64,000 nucleotides of DNA from a plasmid: the sequence record NZ_CP090684.1; one strand, 5' to 3'. Every line of letters starts with the position of its first letter. The first letter of the stretch is position 1. Shown here one piece after another: positions 48,680 through 58,604 of this stretch. The notes under the pieces were generated by a model. It saw only the letters and a list, made by a program, of their open reading frames with translations, did no database searches and was not told where the DNA came from. The position numbers were made by a program, and so were the translations under genes.

Positions 48680-49126
48680 ATGACCTGTCGGACGAGTGCC
48701 AAGCGATGCTGGTATGCGGCTTTCGGACTCTTCTTGATGGAAGCGGCCGGACTTCTAACGATCGCGCCTTCGTGGAAGGGCGGAACGTTGGAAGGCGAGA
48801 TCAACGCGCTTGCCTTCTTGGTCGCCGGGGCGGCCACGACTTTCCTCTTGCTGGCCCGCACGCGCCCCGGCAGCTCGCACGTGACCCAAGGCCTGAGGTA
48901 TCTCTTCGCACTTATGGGCGGCAGCGCGGCGAACTTTCTACTCACGTGGACCGCTTGGGCTTCCGGGTTTGCCGTCTCCAATGGGACGATCAAACGGGGA
49001 ATCATGGGTGAGAACTACTGGCTCGGTCCTACGATGCTCGCATATGCGACGATTTTGTGGCTAGCGTACCGTGCAGCTCTGCACCGTGAGCGCGCTTTCA
49101 ACGACGGGCCCGTCAATCGAATGTGA
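48680..49126 (+). CDS. Hypothetical membrane protein
   Basis: Four predicted TM helices. Confidence 0.35.
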   Translation: MTCRTSAKRCWYAAFGLFLMEAAGLLTIAPSWKGGTLEGEINALAFLVAGAATTFLLLARTRPGSSHVTQGLRYLFALMGGSAANFLLTWTAWASGFAVSNGTIKRGIMGENYWLGPTMLAYATILWLAYRAALHRERAFNDGPVNRM

Positions 49127-49346
49127 TTTGGACATACGGGAAACTGGGCCGAACTTCCCATCTCAATCTTGATACCCCAAAATTCAAAACATCAAAATCG
49201 CTGTTTTGATATAATGAGATCACGGTCAGCGGTACGTAAAAGCCCTGGGAGCAAGGCCCCCGGGGCTATGTCGCCGGCCGTCTGACCATCTGGAGCACTC
49301 GCCCCAGGCAACCGACAACGAAGAACCACAACGAGGAACCAAAAGA

Positions 49347-50528
49347 ATGAAGCGCAACGAGACCACTCCCTGCAGCACCACATCGATCAAGCGTTTGACC
49401 CTCGCCATTGTCGCAGCGTCGATGCTGTCCACACTCGCAGCATGCGGTGGTGGCGGCGGCGATAGCGGGGCGGCCGCCGGCACCCCTTCCAACAATTCGC
49501 AGACGAACGCGAAACTGCAGGTGGTCGCTTTTGGCGACGAGCTCTCCGACGTCGGCACCTACTCTCCGAAGATCCTTCTCGGCTTCGGCGGAGGCAAGTA
49601 CACCACGAATCCCGGCGATGTATGGGCTCAGAAGGTGGCCGCCTCGTACGGCGGGACCCTGAGCCCCGCATATCAAGGTGGGTTCGGGCTACCGTTGGCG
49701 GCCGCAAACGGCCTAGGCTACGCCCAAGGCGGCGCTCGTGTCCAAGAATCGATCGGTATCGGGCATGCCGCCGAGGGGACGCCGGACGCTGACTATGCTC
49801 AAGCGACGACGACGCCCGTGACGCAACAGCTTCAGAACTATCTCCAGGCCCATCAAAGCTTCAACAGTGGCCAGCTCGTCCTGATCAACGGCGGTATGAA
49901 CGATATTCTGGCGTTGGCTCCCGCCTTGCAATCGGCGGTCGCAACCGATGTCGCCGGAGGCATGGATCCGGCAATCGCCGTCCAGAAGGAAGGCGGGGCG
50001 GTTCTAGCGCCGATCGCACAGGCACTTGCAAGCACGGTGCAGCAGATCGTTGCGGCTGGCGCGACCCGTGTCGTGCTGGTGAATGTCCCGGACCTTGGCC
50101 AAACCCCTTACGCCGTCCGATCCGGTGCGGCCGCGCAACAGCTGCTCAGTGGGTTGAGCACGATCTACAACACGTTCCTCGCGCAGTCCGTCCAATCGCT
50201 AGGCATTCCCGCAAGCAAGCTGATCGCCGTCGACCTTGCAGGATGGCAGGATGGCGTCCTTGCGAGCTACAAATCGAACGGGTTCGCGGTCGGCAACACC
50301 GGAACAGCATGCAATATCGATGCGATGATCGGCAACGCGGCGAAAGCGGGCGTCGCAAATCCGCAGGCCTTTGGTTCAGCACTGTTCTGTTCCCCGCAAA
50401 CCTACGTCACGGAAGGAGCCGATCAATCGTACATGTACGCTGACCTATTCAATCCGTCATCGCACCTGCACGCCCTGTTCGCCGACCAGGTGCAGCAGCA
50501 GCTGAAGGCGAGCGGCATGACGAATTGA
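49347..50528 (+). CDS. SGNH/GDSL-family hydrolase lipoprotein
   Basis: Lipobox LAACGG. GDxLSD-type block VVAFGDELSDVG. GG(M)NDIL block. C-terminal DxxH-like ADLFNPSSHLH. Confidence 0.7.
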   Translation: MKRNETTPCSTTSIKRLTLAIVAASMLSTLAACGGGGGDSGAAAGTPSNNSQTNAKLQVVAFGDELSDVGTYSPKILLGFGGGKYTTNPGDVWAQKVAASYGGTLSPAYQGGFGLPLAAANGLGYAQGGARVQESIGIGHAAEGTPDADYAQATTTPVTQQLQNYLQAHQSFNSGQLVLINGGMNDILALAPALQSAVATDVAGGMDPAIAVQKEGGAVLAPIAQALASTVQQIVAAGATRVVLVNVPDLGQTPYAVRSGAAAQQLLSGLSTIYNTFLAQSVQSLGIPASKLIAVDLAGWQDGVLASYKSNGFAVGNTGTACNIDAMIGNAAKAGVANPQAFGSALFCSPQTYVTEGADQSYMYADLFNPSSHLHALFADQVQQQLKASGMTN

Positions 50529-50710
50529 TTCGATGAAAGGCACGGTCGATGCGCGGGCCAAATGCTCCGCATCGGCCATCACCCGGCTTCTCGGCAGGAA
50601 AATCTGCGCAACAGCTCCCCAGCACGCTGACATCTCTGAACTCCCCACTTGGGCGTCGACGCCTCTAGAACGTCGGTCCCCCTCGCTCGAACGGGACTAC
50701 ACGGCCCTCG

Positions 50711-51289
50711 CTAGTGCAACGCGAAGTACGCTGATGCGCTGATTCCAACGATCGCAAGCAGCGGCCAAGATCTTCCAGCTAGCCGCAAATCGGTAGGCGA
50801 CGGCCAAGCTCCAACAAGAAGCTGGGCGAGTCCAAACCAGATCGCGATATCCGACGCCTCTAACGTGGCCAAGGTACGTGTCCGCCACAACGCCGACGCC
50901 GCGGCGATCGGCAAGCTTAGGAGTGGCGCGAGCGCCGCCGGCGCCGCGTTCCACCAACGCACATTTTCGAAGGCGACCATCCCATAAACGTATACCCCAT
51001 TGGGTGACCGATGCGGAAATATAGAGAGCCTCGTTGGGCGAGCCCACACGAGGTGGCCAACGACAAAGTGCAATAATTCGTGCGCAATCGTCGCCGGCAA
51101 GCAAAGTGCAGCGAAGAGGGCGCCGCTCCGCGCGAATTTCAGAAGTAGGGCAGCCCCTGCGATCGGCGGCAGCAGATAAAGCATGGCGGCGCACAGATGC
51201 GTTGAATACAGGACACTCGAGTGGGCCACTTTGGCGAATGGGGATGGAACGATTGCAGATGGAGTGACGAAGCAACGAGCCTTTCGCAT
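50711..51289 (-). CDS. Membrane protein with HExxH motif (putative intramembrane metallopeptidase, DUF3267-like)
   Basis: IAHELLHFVVGH lies within a TM region. Last gene of a 3-gene minus-strand cluster. Start may be the internal Met 51184. Confidence 0.45.
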   Translation of the reverse strand: MRKARCFVTPSAIVPSPFAKVAHSSVLYSTHLCAAMLYLLPPIAGAALLLKFARSGALFAALCLPATIAHELLHFVVGHLVWARPTRLSIFPHRSPNGVYVYGMVAFENVRWWNAAPAALAPLLSLPIAAASALWRTRTLATLEASDIAIWFGLAQLLVGAWPSPTDLRLAGRSWPLLAIVGISASAYFALH

Positions 51290-51308
51290 GCGAAAGGCTC
51301 TGGATGTC

Positions 51309-52538
51309 TTAGGCTGCTTCGGATACAGTGCGGACGCTTGGAGGCGGTAGAACGGGCATCGCGTTACCGGATTCCCACTGCAGATGGTTCATCCTCTCAT
51401 CCGCTAACAACTCCGCAAGCGCGACCTTGTAAGCCTCGGACGCATTTCCGGGCACCATGTAGACAGCGGTATGCTTCCCCTCGGTGTCGTTAAGGACCAC
51501 TGAGGCCAGCGGACGGGTGGATGGCAAGTTATAGCGAAGGCCCTTCACGAATCGACGTCGGTCCGAGACCAGTGTTTCAAGGAAGCTCTTCTCCTCGACT
51601 GTCGAGAACGGAATCCACTGTTCGTTCACGGTCATCAGCGCCATCTCCTCGAGCTCCGCGACTCCCGCAACGTCGACACTGAAGGTGGCAATCATGACGA
51701 GATGAATGTCAGGATACGCGTTCCAGAGGCTTTTCTCGGCCTCAAACACCTTTAAGCGCTTGTTCAGGTCGGCGCTCATCATGAAAAAGAACCCCGGCGC
51801 ATGTTTGAGCTCGATTTTGTGTCCGTACCGCGCTGCAGTAACTGCCTTGATCTCACCGATCGCGATAAACAGCCTCTGTCCACCGCGCCCCGGCTTGTGT
51901 GCCGCCGCGAGCAACGCTCTGCGCCGCTGCTCGATCTCGTGTTTCCGATCGACGTAGAACGGCTCCGGCACGTACAACGTGGACGGCAAATGCATCCCCT
52001 TCGTGAACTTCCCCTGCGCTGCGCGTAACAGGTACTTATGGACGGTGGCCCAGCTACGCCGGCCTTCCATGCCCGGATGCCAATGGGTAAGACGCGCCTC
52101 ATCCCAAAGGTAATGAAGAAGGGACCGTATCGTGAGCTTAGATGTTTCGCCCTTGACGCTATCTTGCTCGGAATCGGTCGGTGTAGGCGGTGCCCGGCCG
52201 GCGATCTTGTTCAATGCGAAATCCAACCGAAGACTCGTCGTTCCGTCGTCGACGTCCTCCTTGATCGCGTGGCCCATGACCTCACCGAGCCCGCTGAGCT
52301 GCGCCGGTGCCTCGTATGACGGGCAGTTCTTCTCGGCCGAATGTAGCGGCCCAGAGTCCGGCATTCTCTTGATCAGATACTGCCCATGAACCTTCGAGAC
52401 GTACATCGGGATGCCGGGCTTCGGATCAACACAAAGGCAGAGCGGACGAATCGCCGAGCCGTGAATTCTCGCGAGTGCACCTTGCAAACCGGGGTCATCT
52501 TCTGAGTAAGTTTTCCCGTCTATCTCAAAGCGAACCAT
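51309..52538 (-). CDS. DUF1173-like protein
   Basis: N-terminus MVRFEIDGKTYSEDDPGLQGALARIHGSAIRPLCLC matches the DUF1173 family N-terminal pattern seen on ICEs/plasmids. Confidence 0.55.
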   Translation of the reverse strand: MVRFEIDGKTYSEDDPGLQGALARIHGSAIRPLCLCVDPKPGIPMYVSKVHGQYLIKRMPDSGPLHSAEKNCPSYEAPAQLSGLGEVMGHAIKEDVDDGTTSLRLDFALNKIAGRAPPTPTDSEQDSVKGETSKLTIRSLLHYLWDEARLTHWHPGMEGRRSWATVHKYLLRAAQGKFTKGMHLPSTLYVPEPFYVDRKHEIEQRRRALLAAAHKPGRGGQRLFIAIGEIKAVTAARYGHKIELKHAPGFFFMMSADLNKRLKVFEAEKSLWNAYPDIHLVMIATFSVDVAGVAELEEMALMTVNEQWIPFSTVEEKSFLETLVSDRRRFVKGLRYNLPSTRPLASVVLNDTEGKHTAVYMVPGNASEAYKVALAELLADERMNHLQWESGNAMPVLPPPSVRTVSEAA

Positions 52539-52587
52539 ATCTTCCCCGTACTTCAACTGCCGCGCCGAACGGGCAGTTGCCTCTCGA

Positions 52588-53820
52588 TCAGGTGTCGGCT
52601 ATGCCGCGCGCTTTCTCATTGACGCCAGGCTGTTTGATTTCTTTTGCCCGCTCAGTGGTGCGCGCCAACTCGTTGGGCTGAAAATTGAGTTGCACATTTT
52701 GTCCCTGGTAGACGTTCCCACTGAGCTCGTCCTTGCTGAATCGCACCGCGTCGGTCCGGCTGGTTTGCACCAGGACCTGCTTGTCTGAGACATCGATCAC
52801 CTTGCCCTGGACGACAACGTCCGGTCCAAGGCTCGTCGATTCGGTAATCCGTAAGCCCGGCGGAACGTGAGTAATGTGACTGCGCGACGGGGGCGCGGTC
52901 AGAAGAGTTTGTCCGCCACTTCTCTCCGCGCCGGCTCGCTCTCGTGCATTTCCTTGATCCCAGTCATGGCCCGCGCGATCCAGTCCGACGCGATCGCGCG
53001 GTGCGAGTCCGAGAGCTTGTCGATAGGCGTCTTCGTCAATTCGTCCGAACTCGCGCTGGTCTTCGACGCGTTGCTGGAGTCGTCTTTGGATGTGTTCATA
53101 GTTACCTTCCGATTTCAATACTTCGATGTTCTCGAAACCCTGCAGCTGAACGGGGTTCGCGCGGTCTCTGACATCAACCACGTCGAGAAGTAGGTTAGGG
53201 CCGAAAACGCTATTGAGCTGCTCAAGCGATTCGGGGAGGCGACCGACGATGTTGGCGATCGTCGCGATGCTTGATCCCCGCCCCTCCTCGTAGAAACGCT
53301 GGAGCGTGTTGTCGAGCGCGTTTTCGACCCGCGCATGTACCACAATGATATGCGCCCGGTAACCAGCATCAAGCACCTGCTGAATTTTGGCGCGACTTGT
53401 CTCGAAGTTGGACATCTGGCCCTCAAACACCATCACCGCGTCGCGCGGCAACTCGCCAGATTTCAGCACCATCGAGGTCTTCCCGGCGCCGGGGGACCCA
53501 GTCAAGAAATAGACTGTATCTCGACCGCTGACACGTGGTCCTGCAAGGTTCTCAGTGAAAAGAGCCGACGATAGGACCGCCGCCGAATTGTGGACCGGAT
53601 TATTGTAGCGATTCCGGGCTTCTCGCGAAGCACTGAAGTCCGGAAACGTCTCCTTGAACAGGTCAGCTGCAACATACCGTCCCTCGAATGACCTCGCGTC
53701 CGCCTTGTACGCGTCGAAGAACTTTCCCGGATCCTTCTTCACCGCCTCAATCGCGTTGTCCTGCACACGCCTGCGATCCGGCTCCTCGAAATTTACGTAC
53801 CGGATATCTTCTAGTTTCAT
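52588..53820 (-). CDS. Zeta-toxin-family P-loop kinase with C-terminal extension
   Basis: Walker A LTGSPGAGKTS in a zeta-toxin/AAA-kinase N-terminal domain, with about 150 aa of extra C-terminal sequence. Confidence 0.65.
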   Translation of the reverse strand: MKLEDIRYVNFEEPDRRRVQDNAIEAVKKDPGKFFDAYKADARSFEGRYVAADLFKETFPDFSASREARNRYNNPVHNSAAVLSSALFTENLAGPRVSGRDTVYFLTGSPGAGKTSMVLKSGELPRDAVMVFEGQMSNFETSRAKIQQVLDAGYRAHIIVVHARVENALDNTLQRFYEEGRGSSIATIANIVGRLPESLEQLNSVFGPNLLLDVVDVRDRANPVQLQGFENIEVLKSEGNYEHIQRRLQQRVEDQREFGRIDEDAYRQALGLAPRDRVGLDRAGHDWDQGNARERAGAERSGGQTLLTAPPSRSHITHVPPGLRITESTSLGPDVVVQGKVIDVSDKQVLVQTSRTDAVRFSKDELSGNVYQGQNVQLNFQPNELARTTERAKEIKQPGVNEKARGIADT

Positions 53821-54081
53821 TGGTTACCCCGGTTTACTGTTGTTCGCATCACCATGTTGCTCTCGGCAACATCACTTCGGTCGGCAACCTGGGCGACGAC
53901 TATTGGGTCCGTCCACGCACGTTGCGAGATTGACTTGTCGCGCGAAGACCCACCGTTAACGCGATGGTTTCGCGGTTGCCGTCGTGCAACGGCGATAGAT
54001 GCATCACGTCGGGAATTAAATTATACTCACCTCGCGGCCTGATACAAGTTTATAACCCGACCAGGCCGGAACGGGGAAACC

Positions 54082-54414
54082 ATGAGGATCGACCACTGCA
54101 AATCCGTCCTCTCGAGATACCGAACACCGAGCCTGCTCGGTGTCGTCGCGGCTCTCCAGATTTTGGATTGGCACAGTACGCTGACCGCTCCGCACACGCG
54201 CGGCGAAACAAACAGGTTGATCAACTGGCTCGTCCAGTGGGTCAGCTTCGAGTCGGCCGTGTCCACCTTCAAGCTGCTTTGCCTAGCCATGCTTCTGTAT
54301 GGCTTCCTGTTCTGGCGCAAGCACAAGGGTCTCTATGAAACCGAGTTCGCCCTTGCGCTTGGTGTCGTCGCCGTCGTGTATGGCGGGGTTGTATTCAACA
54401 ACTACGTTGCATAA
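54082..54414 (+). CDS. Hypothetical membrane protein
   Basis: 110 aa, two TM helices. Confidence 0.35.
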   Translation: MRIDHCKSVLSRYRTPSLLGVVAALQILDWHSTLTAPHTRGETNRLINWLVQWVSFESAVSTFKLLCLAMLLYGFLFWRKHKGLYETEFALALGVVAVVYGGVVFNNYVA

Positions 54415-54560
54415 TCTCACTTTTGATGTTTTGATCACGGCCGTTGCCCAGCCCGTTTCGCCGCGCGAAGCTCGCCAGCGATCAGGGGTCGAGAAGGGGA
54501 GTCGTCAAGCCGCTTTGACACCGTTCGGTATCATTTCGGCATTAACGACTGGAGTAGGGC

Positions 54561-54818
54561 ATGAAAGCTATTGTTGAGCAGGACCTGAAGGAAGCAGCGA
54601 TCGCAGGGACGATCAAGGATTTCATCATCGAGGAAGTGGAAGGCGGGTTCATTCTCCTCACCATCTTTGCCCGGTCGAACGTCGAACACGTTCTCTATAC
54701 GCAGCGCAAGCGCGCGAGAACCTGGGTGAACGTGAACTCGCTGCTCGAATTTATCGTGCAGTACAAACCTGAGTTGCCCGAGGTCCGTGTTCGCCTCATC
54801 CGGCGCTCAAACAATTGA
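54561..54818 (+). CDS. Hypothetical protein at start of transfer region
   Basis: 85-aa ORF with RBS context. Lower GC content. Confidence 0.4.
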   Translation: MKAIVEQDLKEAAIAGTIKDFIIEEVEGGFILLTIFARSNVEHVLYTQRKRARTWVNVNSLLEFIVQYKPELPEVRVRLIRRSNN

Positions 54819-54828
54819 AAGAGGACCC

Positions 54829-55599
54829 ATGCACCGTCTTGCAAAACTTGCTATCAGCATGATCTGCGCCAGCATTGCCACCCTCGCACATGCTGGCTTC
54901 CCGGAAGAGCTCACCAAGCGGTTTCCGGCCGCTCAAGGTGCAAAGATCGAACGGGCCTTCCCCGGCTTTTGGTCAGTCGCGAAGGGGAGCGACGTCTTCT
55001 TTGTGCGAGACGATCTTTCGATACTCATTTCCGGCGAGGTCGTCGACCTCAACCAACATCGCTCCCTCACGCAGTCCGTCCGAGACGCCAATCCTCCGCG
55101 TATCGACGTGGCTCAGCTGAACCTGAAAGATGCAATTAAGTTCGGTAACGGTTCTCGCCGTCTCTTCATCTTCTCCGATCCGGACTGCCCTTACTGCCGA
55201 AAGCTCGAAGGTACGCTGACCAAGCTTCAAGACGTCACCATCTTCATTTTTCCGTTTCCGCTCGCCGGCCATGAGAATGCTGCGGAAATAGCCGAAGGGA
55301 TCTGGTGCCAAAAGGATCGGGCGGCTGCGTGGCGAGCCTACCAAGACTTGACGCTGACCACTCGTGAGCCCGAGCTCCTGTCGGCGTGGCAAGACTATCT
55401 CCGCCAGCACAATCAGCCAGCGCGGCCGACGTGTGCCAACCCAATCGCGCGAAACCTCGAGTTCGGACGCCAGTGGAACATCGCGGGGACGCCGGCGCTT
55501 GTCTTCGAGGACGGAACGCTGATTCCCGGCCTCGTGCCCGCAGCGCGGATCGAGGCACAGCTTGCAAAATCCCATTCCAACTTGGCGGCGTCGAAATAA
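54829..55599 (+). CDS. dsbC: DsbC-like thiol:disulfide isomerase of conjugative transfer region
   Basis: Signal peptide. CPYC active site within a thioredoxin fold. Confidence 0.7.
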   Translation: MHRLAKLAISMICASIATLAHAGFPEELTKRFPAAQGAKIERAFPGFWSVAKGSDVFFVRDDLSILISGEVVDLNQHRSLTQSVRDANPPRIDVAQLNLKDAIKFGNGSRRLFIFSDPDCPYCRKLEGTLTKLQDVTIFIFPFPLAGHENAAEIAEGIWCQKDRAAAWRAYQDLTLTTREPELLSAWQDYLRQHNQPARPTCANPIARNLEFGRQWNIAGTPALVFEDGTLIPGLVPAARIEAQLAKSHSNLAASK

Positions 55600-55600
55600 G

Positions 55601-55849
55601 ATGACGGAAAAATTTCTCGCTTGGCTTGCGGTACACGGCCGACATACCACCATTCACGTTGCTGTAGTCGCGCTGCTCGGGACCGCGGCGTTCATCATTC
55701 TCACTGCCAGTGATCTAGGGCCGATGGGCCCGCTCGTGATTGCACTGGCCTTTTACATGGTAGTCGCCGCTGTAACGGCCGAGGTCGCCCTCGGCATTAC
55801 GGTCGTAGGACGATCGCTCGCTCGGCGGGCTCTGCGGCGCGCAAAATGA
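55601..55849 (+). CDS. Small membrane protein
   Basis: MTEKFLAWLAVHG... with two TM helices. Confidence 0.35.
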   Translation: MTEKFLAWLAVHGRHTTIHVAVVALLGTAAFIILTASDLGPMGPLVIALAFYMVVAAVTAEVALGITVVGRSLARRALRRAK

Positions 55850-56370
55850 CCTTCCGATTTGCGACCATTGCTTTAGTAGTCCTACTCGCCTGCAGCAACG
55901 CGAGCTCGGCCGATTTGAATGCGTGCTTCGAAAATGCTGCCCGCAAGCGGCACATCAGCGTCGACCTGCTCCGAGCGATCGGTCATGTCGAATCCCGATT
56001 CCGACCTTGGGTGACCAACGCTCAATCCGGCGCAATCGGCGTGATGCAGATCATGCCGGTCCATCTCAAATGGCTCAGAAAATACGGTATCGAGCGAGAG
56101 GACCTGTACGACGGATGCACAAATATCAACGTCGGCGCCTTCGTCCTCGCCGACATGATCCGGATGTTCGGCCCGACGTGGCGTGCCGTTGGTGCCTATG
56201 GCGCTGGAATTGCGGCGAATAAGGAACAGGCACGCAAGGAGTACGCCACCCTTGTTCAAGCGTCGCTCGAACAGCTCAAGCGTAGCGGCTCGCCCGCCCT
56301 TCCTCCTGTCAGGGCGCAGCTGATCACGACGCCCGCGGCTCCCTCTCGACCAAAGATGGTGGTGGACTAA
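55846..56370 (+). CDS. Lytic transglycosylase (SLT domain), transfer-associated
   Basis: ES...GVMQI...Y catalytic-region motifs (HVESRFRP, GAIGVMQIMP). Confidence 0.75.
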   Translation: MTFRFATIALVVLLACSNASSADLNACFENAARKRHISVDLLRAIGHVESRFRPWVTNAQSGAIGVMQIMPVHLKWLRKYGIEREDLYDGCTNINVGAFVLADMIRMFGPTWRAVGAYGAGIAANKEQARKEYATLVQASLEQLKRSGSPALPPVRAQLITTPAAPSRPKMVVD

Positions 56371-57038
56371 TGAACCGCATCCCGAAATTGCTCATCGGGC
56401 TCGCAGCCTCGCTGCAACTCTCCATTTCCTATGCCGAGGACCTCGGCACAAAGGCACAAACCTATCCGCTTGATCGCGACGCGGCTGAGCAGATCAAGGA
56501 CATTTTCCGGAGAAAGCAGCAATCAGGCGAACTCGATGCATTCTGGAAGAACTATCGCGATCGCACGATTGAGAGCATCAAGAACCCGCCGTCCCTCGGT
56601 ATAGCCACAAGCTACGGCGTGCGCACCGAGCTGCGCGAACTGCGTTTCCAGATTCCGCAAGACTATCGCGATCACACCGGGAAGGTCATCGTTCGGCGCG
56701 GGACTGTCGTAGAGCCCCTCAAGGTCATGCCGCTGACGAACGGACTTCTGTTCATCGATGGGACCGACGCTCGTCAGGTCGAGTATGCGATCAGGCGCAG
56801 TCAGTCCGAGCGCTTAAAGATCGTATTGACCGCGGGCTCTCCGTATGCGCTTCGCGTGAAGTACGCGAAAGTGCCGTGGCATGGGGGGACGGGTGTTCCC
56901 TTTTACTTCGATCAACGCCGAATGATCATCAGCACGCTGTCCAAGCTGTACAACATCCAGATCAACAGTGTGCCGGCGGCAATTTTCCAACAAGGCGACA
57001 GGCTCGCCGTCCAGTTTGGTATGGAGGGCGCAAATTGA
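56370..57038 (+). CDS. traW: Conjugal transfer protein, TraW-like
   Basis: Signal peptide. About 220 aa. Precedes traU as in F-like/SXT systems. Confidence 0.5.
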   Translation: MNRIPKLLIGLAASLQLSISYAEDLGTKAQTYPLDRDAAEQIKDIFRRKQQSGELDAFWKNYRDRTIESIKNPPSLGIATSYGVRTELRELRFQIPQDYRDHTGKVIVRRGTVVEPLKVMPLTNGLLFIDGTDARQVEYAIRRSQSERLKIVLTAGSPYALRVKYAKVPWHGGTGVPFYFDQRRMIISTLSKLYNIQINSVPAAIFQQGDRLAVQFGMEGAN

Positions 57039-57046
57039 AAAGCTTC

Positions 57047-58060
57047 ATGCGTCTTTGGGCTTCGGTCGTCTTGGCACTTTGCCTCTCTGGTAACGCAAAC
57101 GCCCAAGCACTTTGCAATGGCAGCTTCCCGAACCTTATCACGGACGTCTGCTACGACTGCATTTTCCCGATCTCGATTATGGGCGGGTTCATCAACATGG
57201 GCGTGTCAGGCGACGACTACGACACGGGCGCAAGCCACTTTCCAGTTTGCGTCTGCGCAAACAACTTGGCAGTGGGCACCCCAGTCTCGTTCTGGGAGCC
57301 ACGGTATATGGTCGACACCACGACCAAACCCGGTTGCATGCCGTTGCTCGGTGGCATAGATATCAAGACCCCGTACAACGCAGCTGAGTATGGCGCGGAG
57401 AACGTTACCAACGCGGCAATCAGCGGGAAGCGAAAAGCGGCCTTCATGCAGGTGAATGAATACGTGAACCCGATCATGTCAGCACTCGGCGTGGTCGTGA
57501 ACAATCCGTGCCTGGACAACCGTTCGTTCGACGTCCCTTTCCTCAGCTGGGCCGACCCGACATGGAACGACGATGCACTTTCGCTGATGCTTACCCCATA
57601 CGCATATCCCTTTGCCGGGATTCCGAGCATCGCGGCCGAGTTGCCGGACGCAATCTCCGCGACGTTCGGGTTCCCGATGGAGATTCTTTTCTGGGTGGCC
57701 GGAGCGTGGGGGCCGATGTACCCACTGAACGGCAATGTCGCGATCGCCAACACCCCGGAGCAGGTATCGCACCTGATGATCGCGCGCCTCTTTGCCAAGC
57801 TCCACGCTGCCGGAGCTGCGCAAGCCACCGCGGGAAACGACGCCCTTCAATCGTGTGGCGCGCTGGGGGTCCCTCAGCTCGTGATGGACAAGCGTCAGTA
57901 CAAGACGAACCGTGTCTTTCCGTTTCCCGACAACAAATGCACGCCGATCGGGCGGCCGCTCGCTTTCCAAGAGATAGGCGCCGCACGCCCGCAAGACAAG
58001 GATTACGGATACATCATCTTCCAGCGCAAAGACTGCTGCGCGACGAAGACCATTCAGTAA
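57047..58060 (+). CDS. traU: Conjugal transfer protein TraU
   Basis: Signal peptide plus the conserved Cys pattern of TraU. Alternative TTG start at 57035. Confidence 0.7.
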   Translation: MRLWASVVLALCLSGNANAQALCNGSFPNLITDVCYDCIFPISIMGGFINMGVSGDDYDTGASHFPVCVCANNLAVGTPVSFWEPRYMVDTTTKPGCMPLLGGIDIKTPYNAAEYGAENVTNAAISGKRKAAFMQVNEYVNPIMSALGVVVNNPCLDNRSFDVPFLSWADPTWNDDALSLMLTPYAYPFAGIPSIAAELPDAISATFGFPMEILFWVAGAWGPMYPLNGNVAIANTPEQVSHLMIARLFAKLHAAGAAQATAGNDALQSCGALGVPQLVMDKRQYKTNRVFPFPDNKCTPIGRPLAFQEIGAARPQDKDYGYIIFQRKDCCATKTIQ

Positions 58061-58071
58061 CGGAGAACGTC

Positions 58072-58569
58072 ATGAATCGCTTGATCGTCGCGCTTGCACT
58101 CTTCGCCGCAGCACCAGTCCACGGCGAACCCTCGCTCAGTGAAACGATCGCTGCGCCGTGGAACACATATATCTTCGTTTCGAGCCGAATGCCGCTTCAA
58201 TCGATCATCCAGGTCACGCGCGAAGCGAGTCGAGCTCACGCCGTCATAGTGCTCACGGGTTTTGCAGGTGAGGAGCCGACACTTACCAGCACGCAGCGAT
58301 ACGCAGCTGACATTAATCGGGCTTGCTGCACGACGCAGCCCGCGCGCTGGATCGTCGATCCCGTGCTCACGCGTCGGTACGGCGTAACCGCGGCCCCGTC
58401 ATTCGTAATTGCACACGGAGCGAGCGAAAACCCCGGCGAATTCTCCAAAGTCGCTGGCGACATGAGCCTTTCGCAGGCGCTCAAGTTTTTCGCGCAGAAC
58501 TCGAGATTGCCTTCCGCGCGCGACTATGCGTCGAAGTTGTACTACGCGACCTACGGCACGAAATATTAA
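58072..58569 (+). CDS. Conjugal transfer periplasmic protein (TrbC-like)
   Basis: Start MNRLIVALALFAAAPVHG. The upstream 57508-58071 part of the tracked ORF is an alternate frame of traU. Confidence 0.45.
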   Translation: MNRLIVALALFAAAPVHGEPSLSETIAAPWNTYIFVSSRMPLQSIIQVTREASRAHAVIVLTGFAGEEPTLTSTQRYAADINRACCTTQPARWIVDPVLTRRYGVTAAPSFVIAHGASENPGEFSKVAGDMSLSQALKFFAQNSRLPSARDYASKLYYATYGTKY

Positions 58570-58604
58570 TTGTGATCCTCTCGGCTAGTGATTAAAATTT
58601 AGGT

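Noticed and set aside
57508-58071. 5' two-thirds of the 353-aa tracked ORF
   Set aside because: Alternate frame inside traU. Only the part from ATG 58072 (signal-peptide start) is credible.
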